Of a DNA stretch of 64,000 bases, positions 8,874 to 18,033 are shown piece by piece. Under the pieces are notes generated by a model. The model searched no databases and was not told the origin of the DNA. It worked only from the letters and a program-made list of their open reading frames with translations. The stretch covers positions 916 through 64,915 of IMG/VR virus record IMGVR_UViG_2891407665_000023; one strand, written 5' to 3'. The position numbers were made by a program, and so were the translations under genes. Numbering within the stretch: position 1 is the stretch's first letter; every line of letters starts with the position of its first letter. Source of the stretch: a virus (lineage: Duplodnaviria > Caudoviricetes).

Positions 8874-11221
8874 TGCGGGATTTGGTAATAGCCTACGGGA
8901 ATAACCGCCAGGCAAAGAAATGGGTCAATAAGACCACGAAATATACAGATTTAAAAGAGCGTCTCAAAGTTACGATCCGCACAACAGAGTCGGCTGAAGA
9001 ATACGCAAAAATGAGTAAAGCCCAGAGGGATGCTGCCAAAGACCACGGTGGTTTTGTCGGCGGCATCTTGGTCGGCGGCCGCAGAAAGGTAGATACGGTT
9101 GAGTCCCGTTCCATGATTGCGCTGGACGGGGACCGTATTGATACTGCATTCCTTGATAACTATGAAAGAAATGCTCCCTATACATCTTTCCTTTATACAA
9201 CACACAGTCATACAGCGGATAACCCGAGGGTACGCCTGATCTTTCCGCTCACAAGGAATATCACGGCAGAGGAGTTCGTGGCAGTGTCCCGATATCTGGC
9301 GCAAATGCTTGGTATCGACTATTTTGATGAATGCTCCTATCAGCCCAATCAGCTGATGTACTGGCCGTCCTCTCCTCAGAACGGCGTATTTGTATATAAG
9401 GAAGTGGAGAAGGACTGGCTCGATCCGGACGATATCCTGTCGGCGCACCCAGAGTGGACGGACCCAACAAGACTGCCAACATCCTCCCGTGAAAGCAAAG
9501 CCAACCAGATTTCACAGCAGAAGGTCCAGGACCCGCTTGAAAAGGAAGGTACAGTCGGGCTCTTCAACAGGGTCTTCTTCCCTGTTTCAAAAGCCTTGGA
9601 TAATTTTCTTTCGGATGTCTATGAGCCAACTGACAACGAGAACCGCTATCACCTGATTGAGTCGAGCAGTATGGCGGGCGTGGAGATCAAGGATGACAAG
9701 TTCGTGTATTCCCACCACGCGAAAGACCCGGCGTACCTCAGACTCTGCAATGCCTTTGATATCGTCCGTATCCATAAATTCAGCGACATGGATGACAAGG
9801 CGTCCTTTCAGGCAATGTGCGATTTTGCCATGCAGGTGGATGATGTGAGACTCCTTGCAGCGAATGAACGCCTTGCCGGAGCTGAGGCAGATTTTACTGC
9901 CATCGGGGATGATGACTGGAAGAAACGCCTCAAGTTCCAGCCGAGGACGAGTCTTCTGGAAAACAGTGTCTATAACTTGAATCTCATTCTTGCCAATGAT
10001 CCTGATTTCCAGAACTTTGCCTATAACGAGATGGCAAACCGCATCCAGGTGACAGGACCGTTGCCCTGGGATCGGCCGAAGGGCAACGCTTTCTGGCGGG
10101 ATGCGGATACGGCACAGCTGAAGTCTGTGATCGATATCCGCTATCTGCCGTTCTCCAGCCGGAACCACGATGTGGCATTTACCAAGACCGCCGATGACAG
10201 GCATTTCCATCCTATCCGCGATTACCTAGACAGTCTTCCCGTGTGGGACGGCATTGAACGGGTGGAGGATCTGTTTATCCGGTATCTGAAAGCGGATGAC
10301 ACTGAATATGTGCGCACGGTCACACGGAAGACCTTTGCTGCGGCGATAGCACGTGTCTATGTCCCCGGCACGAAGTTTGACTGCGTTCCCGTGCTGGACG
10401 GCGACCAGGGTATCGGAAAAAGCACCATCGTAAAGGACCTGGTCACGCCGGATTATTACTCCGAAACACTGTCCCTTACCGACATGGATGACAAATCCGG
10501 CGCAGAGAAGCTGCAGGGTTTCTGGGTGGTGGAGATTGGGGAGCTTGCCGGGATGAAGAAGGCAGACATTGAGAAGGTCAAGGCATTCCTGTCCACTTCG
10601 GATGACAAATACCGTCCCTCTTATGGCAAGGTGGTGGAATCGCATCCGAGACAGTGCATCATCATCGCTACAGTCAACGGTGAGAGAGGGTATCTGCGTG
10701 ACATCACGGGCAACCGCCGCTTTTGGATCATCAAGGTGCATCAGAAAAAGCAGAAGAAGACCTGGGATTTCGATGAACAGTTCCGGCAGCAGTTCTGGGC
10801 GGAGGCAAAGGAGATCTGGAAGTCCGGCGAAAAGCTGTATCTGGAGGGAGACATTCTCGAAGAAGCAGAAGAAGCGCAGCGCGGGGCTATGGAGACGGAC
10901 GAGCGCGTCGGCATGATCGAGGAATACTTAAATACCGATCTGCCGGACGACTGGGTGGAAATGGATCTTTTTGCCCGCAGGAACTTCCTCACGGGTACGG
11001 AGTTTGGCAGACCGGAGCATGACGGGAAAGCCATCCGTACCGAGGTCAGCAATGCGGAGATATGGTGCGAGTGCTTCGGAAAGAGCCTGCAGGAGCTGAA
11101 GCCTTCCGACAGCTATGGGATTGCGGCGATGATGGCGCAGATTCCAGGCTGGGAGCGGACTGCTGTGATCCGGCGTCAGCCCATATACGGCAGGCAGCGG
11201 CTTTACCAGAAAATCATGTAA
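8873..11221 (+). CDS. Virulence-associated E (VirE/VapE) primase-helicase
   Basis: N-terminal primase-like region; Walker A GDQGIGKST; SF3-like VVEIGEL; RDITGNRRFW. Confidence 0.9.
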   Translation: MRDLVIAYGNNRQAKKWVNKTTKYTDLKERLKVTIRTTESAEEYAKMSKAQRDAAKDHGGFVGGILVGGRRKVDTVESRSMIALDGDRIDTAFLDNYERNAPYTSFLYTTHSHTADNPRVRLIFPLTRNITAEEFVAVSRYLAQMLGIDYFDECSYQPNQLMYWPSSPQNGVFVYKEVEKDWLDPDDILSAHPEWTDPTRLPTSSRESKANQISQQKVQDPLEKEGTVGLFNRVFFPVSKALDNFLSDVYEPTDNENRYHLIESSSMAGVEIKDDKFVYSHHAKDPAYLRLCNAFDIVRIHKFSDMDDKASFQAMCDFAMQVDDVRLLAANERLAGAEADFTAIGDDDWKKRLKFQPRTSLLENSVYNLNLILANDPDFQNFAYNEMANRIQVTGPLPWDRPKGNAFWRDADTAQLKSVIDIRYLPFSSRNHDVAFTKTADDRHFHPIRDYLDSLPVWDGIERVEDLFIRYLKADDTEYVRTVTRKTFAAAIARVYVPGTKFDCVPVLDGDQGIGKSTIVKDLVTPDYYSETLSLTDMDDKSGAEKLQGFWVVEIGELAGMKKADIEKVKAFLSTSDDKYRPSYGKVVESHPRQCIIIATVNGERGYLRDITGNRRFWIIKVHQKKQKKTWDFDEQFRQQFWAEAKEIWKSGEKLYLEGDILEEAEEAQRGAMETDERVGMIEEYLNTDLPDDWVEMDLFARRNFLTGTEFGRPEHDGKAIRTEVSNAEIWCECFGKSLQELKPSDSYGIAAMMAQIPGWERTAVIRRQPIYGRQRLYQKIM

Positions 11222-11356
11222 GCGAGACACACACAACACAACTGTTTCCCTTATATTCAAAACGCTTTTTATAAGGGTCAGTAATGAAAACCTGTGAGCG
11301 CGCACCCGCGATAGTAAATATAAGGGGGCAGTTGTGATTTTGTGTTCCTGTGTCGC
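11222..11356. repeat. Long imperfect inverted repeat (candidate replication origin)
   Basis: Arms 11222-11257 and 11317-11356 share CACAACTG and CCCTTATATT in inverted orientation. Confidence 0.55.
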
Positions 11357-11368
11357 ATGGAGGCAAAT

Positions 11369-11650
11369 ATGAACGAAAAACAGATTGAACGAAAACTTGT
11401 GGAGGCAGTAAGGTGTGCAGGCGGTCTTGCGCCGAAGTTCGTAAGTCCCGGTTTTGATGGCGTGCCGGATCGCCTGATTCTCCTCCCTTCCGGGCGCATG
11501 GCGTTTGCGGAATTGAAGAGCTCCGGCAAAAGGATGCGTCCCCTGCAGGTCAGGAGGAAAAAGCAGTTGGAGAGTCTCGGCTTCCGGGTTTACTGCATAG
11601 ACGGGACGGAACAGATTGGAGGTGTCATTGATGAGATACGAGGCACATGA
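11369..11650 (+). CDS. VRR-NUC domain protein
   Basis: GVPDRLILL...FAELKSSG...RPLQ; GGAGG RBS. Confidence 0.9.
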   Translation: MNEKQIERKLVEAVRCAGGLAPKFVSPGFDGVPDRLILLPSGRMAFAELKSSGKRMRPLQVRRKKQLESLGFRVYCIDGTEQIGGVIDEIRGT

Positions 11651-12983
11651 TTATCAGAAGTACGCCACCGACTTCATCCTGACGCATCCGATAGCGGCTG
11701 TGTTTCTGGAGATGGGGCTTGGTAAGAGCGTTATCACGCTGACGGCGCTGTTTGATCTCATCTTGGATCAGTTCCTTATCCGAAAAGTACTGGTAATCGC
11801 GCCGCTGCGAGTGGCGAGGGATACCTGGCCTTTGGAAATAAGGAAATGGGACCACCTGTCGGGGCTGACCTATTCCGTGGTGGTCGGAAATGAGTCAGAG
11901 CGGAGGACGGCACTGATGTGGACAGCGGATATTTACATCATCAACCGGGAAAACGTGGACTGGCTGATCACAAAAAGCGGCATTCCCTTTGACTTTGACA
12001 TGGTCGTGATTGATGAGCTGTCATCCTTCAAATCCCATCAGGCAAAAAGGTTCAAGAGCCTCTTAAAAGCCAGACCGTCCGTAAAGAGGATCGTAGGACT
12101 TACAGGAACACCGAGCAGTAATGGGCTGATGGATTTATGGGCGGAGTTTCGGCTCCTTGACCTGGGACAACGGCTCGGAAGATACATCTCCCATTACCGA
12201 GCAGCCTATTTTATGCCGGACAAGCGGAACGCCGAGGTCATCTTCAATTACAAGCCTCTGCCGGGTGCGGAGGATGCAATCTACCAGAAGATATCCGACG
12301 TCACCATTTCCATGAAGTCCTGCGATTACCTGAAACTGCCGGAATGCGTGACCAACGAAGTGCCAGTCGTCATGAATGATAAGGAAATTGCGGTGTATGA
12401 CCGGTTCCGGGAAGACATGGTGACAAAGATCAAGGATAAGGAGATAGATGCTGCCAACGCAGCAGTGCTTTCCGGCAAACTCCTGCAGATGGCAAACGGT
12501 GCGGTCTATGACGAGGAGAAAGTCAGCTGCCATATACACGACCGCAAGCTGGACGCCCTGGAAGACCTAATCGAAGGCGCAAACGGTAAACCCGTGCTGA
12601 TCGCCTACTGGTATCAGCATGATGCCGAGCGTATCAGAGCAAGGTTCCCAGTTAGGGAGATCAAAACATCCCAGGATATCGAAGATTGGAATGCGGGAAA
12701 AATTTCTGTAGCAATCATCCATCCGGCATCGGCGGGGCATGGTCTGAACTTGCAGGCAGGCGGTTCCACGCTTATATGGTTCGGGCTTACATGGAGCCTG
12801 GAACTGTATCAGCAGACGAACGCAAGACTCCACCGGCAGGGACAGAAGGACACAGTCATAATCTACCATATCATCGCAAAAGGCACGATTGACGAGGATG
12901 TCATGAAGGCGCTGCGGAAGAAAGAGAAGACCCAGGATGCACTGATCAATGCGGTCAGGGCTAACCTGGAGGTGGGGCGATGA
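11631..12983 (+). CDS. SNF2-family (DEAD/DEAH-like) helicase
   Basis: EMGLGKS, VVIDELS, LTGTP, GHGLNLQ, QTNARLHRQGQ. Confidence 0.92.
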   Translation: MRYEAHDYQKYATDFILTHPIAAVFLEMGLGKSVITLTALFDLILDQFLIRKVLVIAPLRVARDTWPLEIRKWDHLSGLTYSVVVGNESERRTALMWTADIYIINRENVDWLITKSGIPFDFDMVVIDELSSFKSHQAKRFKSLLKARPSVKRIVGLTGTPSSNGLMDLWAEFRLLDLGQRLGRYISHYRAAYFMPDKRNAEVIFNYKPLPGAEDAIYQKISDVTISMKSCDYLKLPECVTNEVPVVMNDKEIAVYDRFREDMVTKIKDKEIDAANAAVLSGKLLQMANGAVYDEEKVSCHIHDRKLDALEDLIEGANGKPVLIAYWYQHDAERIRARFPVREIKTSQDIEDWNAGKISVAIIHPASAGHGLNLQAGGSTLIWFGLTWSLELYQQTNARLHRQGQKDTVIIYHIIAKGTIDEDVMKALRKKEKTQDALINAVRANLEVGR

Positions 12984-13192
12984 CCGTTCATTATGAAAAT
13001 CTCGCCCAAGCGGTGATCCTGCAGGCAGTGAAAGACTACCGCACGGCGAGGAAGGAACTGAAATATCACCCGAAGAACAAAGACACGAAGCTCATGATAG
13101 AGGATTGTGAGAGGTTCTTTCGTTCCGACTGGTTCGGAGTGTTGACATCAGTCGATGGACAGATGCTCCTAATAAGATTACAGGAGGAATAA
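12980..13192 (+). CDS. Conserved phage hypothetical protein
   Basis: YENLAQAVILQAVKDYR...ERFFRSDWF; overlaps the helicase stop. Confidence 0.75.
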   Translation: MTVHYENLAQAVILQAVKDYRTARKELKYHPKNKDTKLMIEDCERFFRSDWFGVLTSVDGQMLLIRLQEE

Positions 13193-13197
13193 CTATC

Positions 13198-13623
13198 ATG
13201 ACAGCAAAGGAATATTTACGGCAGGCATACCGCCTGGATCAAAAAATAAGCAGTGATCTGGAGGAGGTGGCATCGCTTCGAGAAATGGCCATAAGTGTAT
13301 CCTCTCCACAGCTGGCTGAGCGGGTACAGACTTCAGGAAATACAGATGCGCCGTTTGTGCGGGCATTGGAAAAGATTATGAATCTTGAGGAACGGATTAA
13401 TAAGGAAATTGATCTTTTGATGGAGCTTAAGAAAGAGATTCGGACGGTCATTACGACGGTTGAGGATACAGATGAACGCATGGTTCTTAAATACCGTTAC
13501 GTTCATAACTATACCTGGGAGCAGATTGGTAATGTGCTTCATGCCGATGCGAGAACGGTACGCAGATGGCATGGGAAGGCTCTGCAGCATGTGATTTTGC
13601 CTGATAATTCCATTACGATATGA
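13198..13623 (+). CDS. ArpU/RinA-like late transcriptional activator (DUF1492-type)
   Basis: MTAKEYLRQAYRLDQKI...LKYRYVHNYTWEQIGNVLHADARTVRRWHGKAL; position just before the packaging genes. Confidence 0.8.
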   Translation: MTAKEYLRQAYRLDQKISSDLEEVASLREMAISVSSPQLAERVQTSGNTDAPFVRALEKIMNLEERINKEIDLLMELKKEIRTVITTVEDTDERMVLKYRYVHNYTWEQIGNVLHADARTVRRWHGKALQHVILPDNSITI

Positions 13624-13637
13624 AATGCGCCCTAAAT

Positions 13638-13677
13638 GTCCAGGTTTGTCCTAAGACGTCCATGTGTACATTATGAT
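13638..13677 (+). promoter_or_regulatory. Late promoter: GTCC x3 at 10-bp period plus TATGAT -10
   Basis: GTCC at 13638, 13648 and 13658; TATGAT at 13672-13677. Confidence 0.6.
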
Positions 13678-13708
13678 ATAGTAAAATTAGCAAAGATAAA
13701 ATGAGTTG

Positions 13709-13739
13709 AGCCTCATGGAAGCAATTCCGTGGGGCTTTT
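13709..13739 (+). terminator. Terminator-like hairpin
   Basis: AGCCTCATGGAA-GCAA-TTCCGTGGGGCT then short T run. Confidence 0.55.
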
Positions 13740-13767
13740 CTCATGCCCGGAAAGCGAGGTGATTTGT

Positions 13768-14133
13768 ATGCCGAGGAAACCACGGCGCGGATGCGCTTAC
13801 AGCGGCTGCCCAAGGCTGGCTGTCGAGGGCGGTCAGTACTGCGAGGAGCATCAAAAGCTTACCGTGCAGCAGTACAACAAATACACACGCAGTCCCGACA
13901 CGAACAAGAAGTACGGCCGAGCCTGGAAGAGAATCCGCGACCGCTATGCTGCGGCGCATCCCCTGTGTGAGCGCTGCCTTAAGGAAGGACGGCTGACTCC
14001 CGTGGAGGAGGTACACCATATCCTCCCCATTTCTCAAGGCGGCGATCATCATGAGAGCAACCTCATGTCATTGTGCCAGTCCTGCCACACCAAAATGCAT
14101 CTTGAGATTGGTGACAGGCAGATCCGCAGCTAA
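13768..14133 (+). CDS. HNH endonuclease (terminase-associated)
   Basis: HPLCERC...EEVHHILP...NLMSLCQSCHTKMH. Confidence 0.92.
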   Translation: MPRKPRRGCAYSGCPRLAVEGGQYCEEHQKLTVQQYNKYTRSPDTNKKYGRAWKRIRDRYAAAHPLCERCLKEGRLTPVEEVHHILPISQGGDHHESNLMSLCQSCHTKMHLEIGDRQIRS

Positions 14134-14324
14134 CCGGGAGGGGCAGGTCAAATCTCTGCATAAGGGTTCTCCGGAGAACGGCGTGGGGTCACACGCATAA
14201 AAACCGGAAATCAAACGGGGGATTGCCCGCCCGGAGATTTCCGCAAAATAAAGGCTTCCGGGGTACTGCAGTGTTTGATTTCCGCAACATTTTTCAAAAA
14301 AATCAAAGAAACGGGGTGGAAACA

Positions 14325-14858
14325 GTGGCAAAAGACGGCAGCGGGCGTGGCGGCGCAAGGCCGGGGGCGGGGCGTAAGCCCAAGGCGCTCATAGAAAAGA
14401 TCAGCGAGGGGAAGACGGCAGAGGTGCTGATGGAGCCTGCCGAACTGGAGGGCGTGGACGTTCCGCCCGTGAAGGATTTCCTGAAATCCCCGCAGAAGAG
14501 CGGGCGGGAGCTGGTGGCGGAGGAAGTGTACAACGAAACATACGCCTGGCTGAAGGCGAGGGGCTGTGAAAAGCTGGTCACCGTGCAGATGGTGGAGCAG
14601 TATGCCATGAGCGTGTCCCGGTGGATTCAGTGCGAGGAGATTGTATCTTCCACTGGATTCCTTGCGAAGCACCCGACCACAGGGGCCGCCATCGCTTCCC
14701 CCTACGTCACCATGAGCCAGTCCTACATGAAGCAGACTAATTACTGCTGGATGCAGATCTACCAGATTGTGAAGGAGAACTGCTCAGTGGAGTTTTCGGG
14801 GAACACGCCCCAGGATGACGTGATGGAGCGGCTGCTCCGTGCAAGGAAAGGGATATAG
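14325..14858 (+). CDS. terS: Terminase small subunit (P27 family)
   Basis: GTG start; RGGARPGAGRK; AKHPTTGAAIASPYV; follows the HNH gene. Confidence 0.85.
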   Translation: MAKDGSGRGGARPGAGRKPKALIEKISEGKTAEVLMEPAELEGVDVPPVKDFLKSPQKSGRELVAEEVYNETYAWLKARGCEKLVTVQMVEQYAMSVSRWIQCEEIVSSTGFLAKHPTTGAAIASPYVTMSQSYMKQTNYCWMQIYQIVKENCSVEFSGNTPQDDVMERLLRARKGI

Positions 14859-14891
14859 GATTATTTGAAAACAGTTTTTTCTGTAAAAGTC

Positions 14892-14919
14892 TTGATAATT
14901 ATCCTGTAGGTGCTATAAT
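14892..14919 (+). promoter_or_regulatory. sigmaA-type promoter of the nucleotidyltransferase moron
   Basis: TTGATA-N16-TATAAT with TG extension (TGC TATAAT). Confidence 0.75.
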
Positions 14920-14991
14920 GTAATGATTTAGCAGATCAATGCTGAATGGAAGGCTTGGGAATAAATGAAAAACACAAAGGAGAGTTAAACC

Positions 14992-15663
14992 ATGCAGCAC
15001 GATTTTCATTTTATTTCTAAGAAAGATCCAAAAGTAAAAAAGGCATATGAGGATATCCAAAATATGCTCAAAGAAGTCCAGAACTTGGTCGGGGAGAAGT
15101 TTACATTCAGATTTGATGTGGTGGGCAGCTATAAGCGGAACATGATCACCTACGATGCCAAATCAAATGTAGGATATGACTTTGATTTCAATATTGAGGT
15201 CAATGATGGGAATGAAAAGTACACGCCAAAACAGCTAAAGGATATTCTTCGGAACGCAATAGGCGCTGTTTGTGTGAAATACGGATATGATTATCCGGAG
15301 GATTCCACGCGTGTCCTGACGATTAAGAAGAAAAACAGGAAAGAATCACGCATCCTCCATAGCTGTGATTTCGCAATCGTAAATAACTATATTGACGATG
15401 AGGGATATGAGTGCCAGGAATATATCCACTTTGACAAGCCACATAGGAACTACACATGGTGCGAACAGCCAGATGGATATTATATGCTGCCGGAAAAGAT
15501 CGATTGGATTAAGGAGAATGGATTATGGGATGAAGAGATGAAGGGAGTATACATTGAAAAGAAAAATAAGAACGATAATCCGGATATGCATTCGAGAGCC
15601 ATTTTTGCTATGACTGTTCATGAGATATGCCAGAAGTTCGGGTTTTATGAAGATGAAAAATAA
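14992..15663 (+). CDS. Pol-beta-superfamily nucleotidyltransferase (cGAS/DncV/SMODS-like), moron
   Basis: hGS motif VVGSYKR, DxD in YDFDFNI, third Asp in SCDFAIV; AT-rich relative to flanks; AAGGAG RBS. Confidence 0.7.
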   Translation: MQHDFHFISKKDPKVKKAYEDIQNMLKEVQNLVGEKFTFRFDVVGSYKRNMITYDAKSNVGYDFDFNIEVNDGNEKYTPKQLKDILRNAIGAVCVKYGYDYPEDSTRVLTIKKKNRKESRILHSCDFAIVNNYIDDEGYECQEYIHFDKPHRNYTWCEQPDGYYMLPEKIDWIKENGLWDEEMKGVYIEKKNKNDNPDMHSRAIFAMTVHEICQKFGFYEDEK

Positions 15664-15688
15664 ATAAGGATATAGCAGTTAAACCAAT

Positions 15689-15718
15689 GCCGTTCAGCAG
15701 AAATGTTGGGCGGCTTTT
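15689..15718 (+). terminator. Intrinsic terminator of moron
   Basis: GCCGTTCAGCA-GAAA-TGTTGGGCGGC-TTTT. Confidence 0.75.
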
Positions 15719-15744
15719 CTATGCAAATTTTTTCGGAGGTGGAA

Positions 15745-16995
15745 ATGAAAACCACGACAGATATGCAGCTTGTTTCTATTGACAGGCTTGTACCTTATGT
15801 GAATAATGCACGGACGCACTCGCCGGAGCAGCTCACCAAGCTCCGCTCATCCCTGCGGGAGTTTGGCTTCATCAACCCGGTCATCATCGACCGGGACTTC
15901 AATGTCATTGCGGGGCATGGCAGGATCATGGCGGCGAAGGAGGAAGGGATCACAGAAGTCCCATGTGTGTTTGTGGACTATCTGACGGAGGCGCAGAAGA
16001 AAGCCTACATCCTTGCGGACAACCGCATGGCATTAGACGCGGGATGGGATGAGGAGCTGCTCCGCATTGAGATCGAATCCCTGCAGGGTGCGGATTTTGA
16101 TGTATCCCTTACGGGCTTTGGTGAGGATGAGATCGCAGACCTTTTTGCCGGGGACAGGGAGAAGGATGTGAAGGATGATGACTTTGATCTTTCCGCAGCC
16201 TTGGAGAAGGCGGCGTTCGTGGAGCGGGGCGACATCTGGACGGTGGGCAGGCACAGGCTGATGTGCGGGGATGCCACCAGTGCGGAGGACGTAGAGGCGC
16301 TCATGGACGGGAAAAAGGCAAACCTCATCGTGACAGACCCGCCGTATAATGTCGCATTCAAGAGCGGCAGCGGGCTTTCCATCCAGAACGACAGCATGGA
16401 AAACGGGGAGTTCTACACTTTTCTGTACAATTCCTTCCAGAACATGGCGGCGCATCTGGAGAAGGGCGGCGCGGCGTATGTGTTCCATGCGGACACGGAG
16501 GGGCTGAATTTCAGGAAAGCCTTTGTGGATGCGGGGTTCCACTTGGCGGGTGTGTGTATCTGGGTGAAGAATTCCCTGGTGCTTGGGCGCTCGGATTATC
16601 AGTGGCAGCATGAACCGGTGCTTTACGGCTTTCTGAAAAACGGCAAGCACCCATGGTATTCCGACCGGAAGCAGACTACTATCTGGAATTATGACAAGCC
16701 GAAGCGGAACAAGAACCACCCGACATCCAAGCCGTTGGATCTGCTTGGCTATCCCATCTGCAATTCCTCCCAGGAGAACGCCATCGTTCTGGATACTTTC
16801 GGCGGCAGCGGCTCCACGATGATGGCATGCGAGCAGACAAACCGCATCTGTTGCATGATGGAGTTGGATGAAAAGTATGCATCCGTCATCCTGCGGAGGT
16901 ATGTGGAGGATACCGGGGATTTGGAAAACGTGTATGTGAAGCGGAGCGGGGAGAAGATCCCATACTCTGTTTTGGTGAAGGAAGTACAAGCATAA
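15745..16995 (+). CDS. ParB/Srx-N-terminal + N6/N4 DNA methyltransferase
   Basis: IAGHGR ParB motif; DPPY catalytic motif; VLDTFGGSGST SAM motif (beta class order). Confidence 0.92.
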   Translation: MKTTTDMQLVSIDRLVPYVNNARTHSPEQLTKLRSSLREFGFINPVIIDRDFNVIAGHGRIMAAKEEGITEVPCVFVDYLTEAQKKAYILADNRMALDAGWDEELLRIEIESLQGADFDVSLTGFGEDEIADLFAGDREKDVKDDDFDLSAALEKAAFVERGDIWTVGRHRLMCGDATSAEDVEALMDGKKANLIVTDPPYNVAFKSGSGLSIQNDSMENGEFYTFLYNSFQNMAAHLEKGGAAYVFHADTEGLNFRKAFVDAGFHLAGVCIWVKNSLVLGRSDYQWQHEPVLYGFLKNGKHPWYSDRKQTTIWNYDKPKRNKNHPTSKPLDLLGYPICNSSQENAIVLDTFGGSGSTMMACEQTNRICCMMELDEKYASVILRRYVEDTGDLENVYVKRSGEKIPYSVLVKEVQA

Positions 16996-17095
16996 TGGAT
17001 ATTTATGCACAATGTGAGGGAACGGGATCGCGCTCCCGAACGCGTATTTCATGTTTGCGGGCATTGTGTACTACGCCCAGTTCCCGGACTTTTTA

Positions 17096-17153
17096 TTGTG
17101 ACATTTTTCCTACGGTTTTCCTTGCTATTTTTACCAGTTTGAGTGATTAATGT
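17096..17153 (+). promoter_or_regulatory. Cassette promoter module copy A
   Basis: TTGTGAC-N18-CTTGCTATT-N11-GAGTGATTAATGT; left operator arm degenerate. Confidence 0.65.
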
Positions 17154-17181
17154 AGTACCGCAAAAAAGGAGGGCAAACAGC

Positions 17182-18033
17182 ATGGAAAAAAGATACAACG
17201 TGACAGGGGAACGCAGGAAAGAGGTGGTTGAGGTGATTTCCGGGATTGTCGGGATGAAGGCGGTCTACATGAGGATGCCGACCTGCGCATATGCCATCAG
17301 CAACTTTACAGTCAGCAGGGAAGGAACGCTGGCCTGGGATGAACGCAGCAGTGGGGAACTGGTGGAAAAAGTCCTGGCAGGGCTGGCACAGGCAGGTTTC
17401 ACGGCAGAGCCGGAAGAGACCGCAGAGGCGCAGGCAGAGCCGGAGGATTCCACAGAAGAAGCGGCAGAGCCGCAGGAAAACGCAGAGGCGGAGGAAGCGG
17501 CTGCAGACGCGCCGGAACCGGAAGAATCCGCAGAGGAACCGGCCATGGATACGCCGGAGGTGGCAGGCGGGGAAACCGCCCGGGCAGAACTGCAGGAGGG
17601 CATCGGGCTTACGGTGTCGCTGCCGAGGGAGTCTTTCACGGACGCCGCCCTGGAGAACCTGCAGAAGCTGGTGGACGCCAAGGCCGCCCTGATCAAAAAA
17701 GCGCTGGCGGTGGAGAGCCTCCCGGTGGAGGCGGATGCGGAGGAGGTCTCCTTCCCCTGGTTTGCGGACGGGCAGGACGGGGATGCGGCGAAGGCATACA
17801 CGCACTTCATCACCGCCCTCTGCGACATGGCGCGGAAGCAGAAGCGCGTCACGGCGAAGGAACGGCCGGCGGACAACGAGAAATACGCCTTCCGGTGCTT
17901 CCTGCTCCGGCTCGGATTTATCGGGGAGGAATACAAAAACGAGAGGAAGGTCCTGCTGAAGAACCTCTCCGGCAACGGCAGCTTCAAGAGCGGGGCAAGG
18001 AAGGGGCCGGCAGACGATGGTATTTCCGAGTAA
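17182..18033 (+). CDS. Phage 'virulence-related' hypothetical protein with acidic linker
   Basis: AGGAGG RBS; C-terminal NEKYAFRCFLLRLGFIG...RKVLLKNLSG family signature; Glu/Ala-rich middle. Confidence 0.75.
   Translation: MEKRYNVTGERRKEVVEVISGIVGMKAVYMRMPTCAYAISNFTVSREGTLAWDERSSGELVEKVLAGLAQAGFTAEPEETAEAQAEPEDSTEEAAEPQENAEAEEAAADAPEPEESAEEPAMDTPEVAGGETARAELQEGIGLTVSLPRESFTDAALENLQKLVDAKAALIKKALAVESLPVEADAEEVSFPWFADGQDGDAAKAYTHFITALCDMARKQKRVTAKERPADNEKYAFRCFLLRLGFIGEEYKNERKVLLKNLSGNGSFKSGARKGPADDGISE

Noticed and set aside
14992-15663. Calling the nucleotidyltransferase a CBASS system
   Set aside because: No Cap effector or ancillary genes are adjacent; only the fold-level motif is supported
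17030-17050. LexA (Cheo) box near the cassette promoters
   Set aside because: GAAC is not followed by N4-GTTC; no convincing SOS box was found at the cassette or symE promoters
16033-17064. 343-aa minus-strand ORF, and similar long antisense ORFs at 17131-18183, 22074-23495, 29387-30508 and 43234-44208
   Set aside because: They shadow well-supported plus-strand genes, have no RBS or motifs, and are expected from GC-rich codon bias
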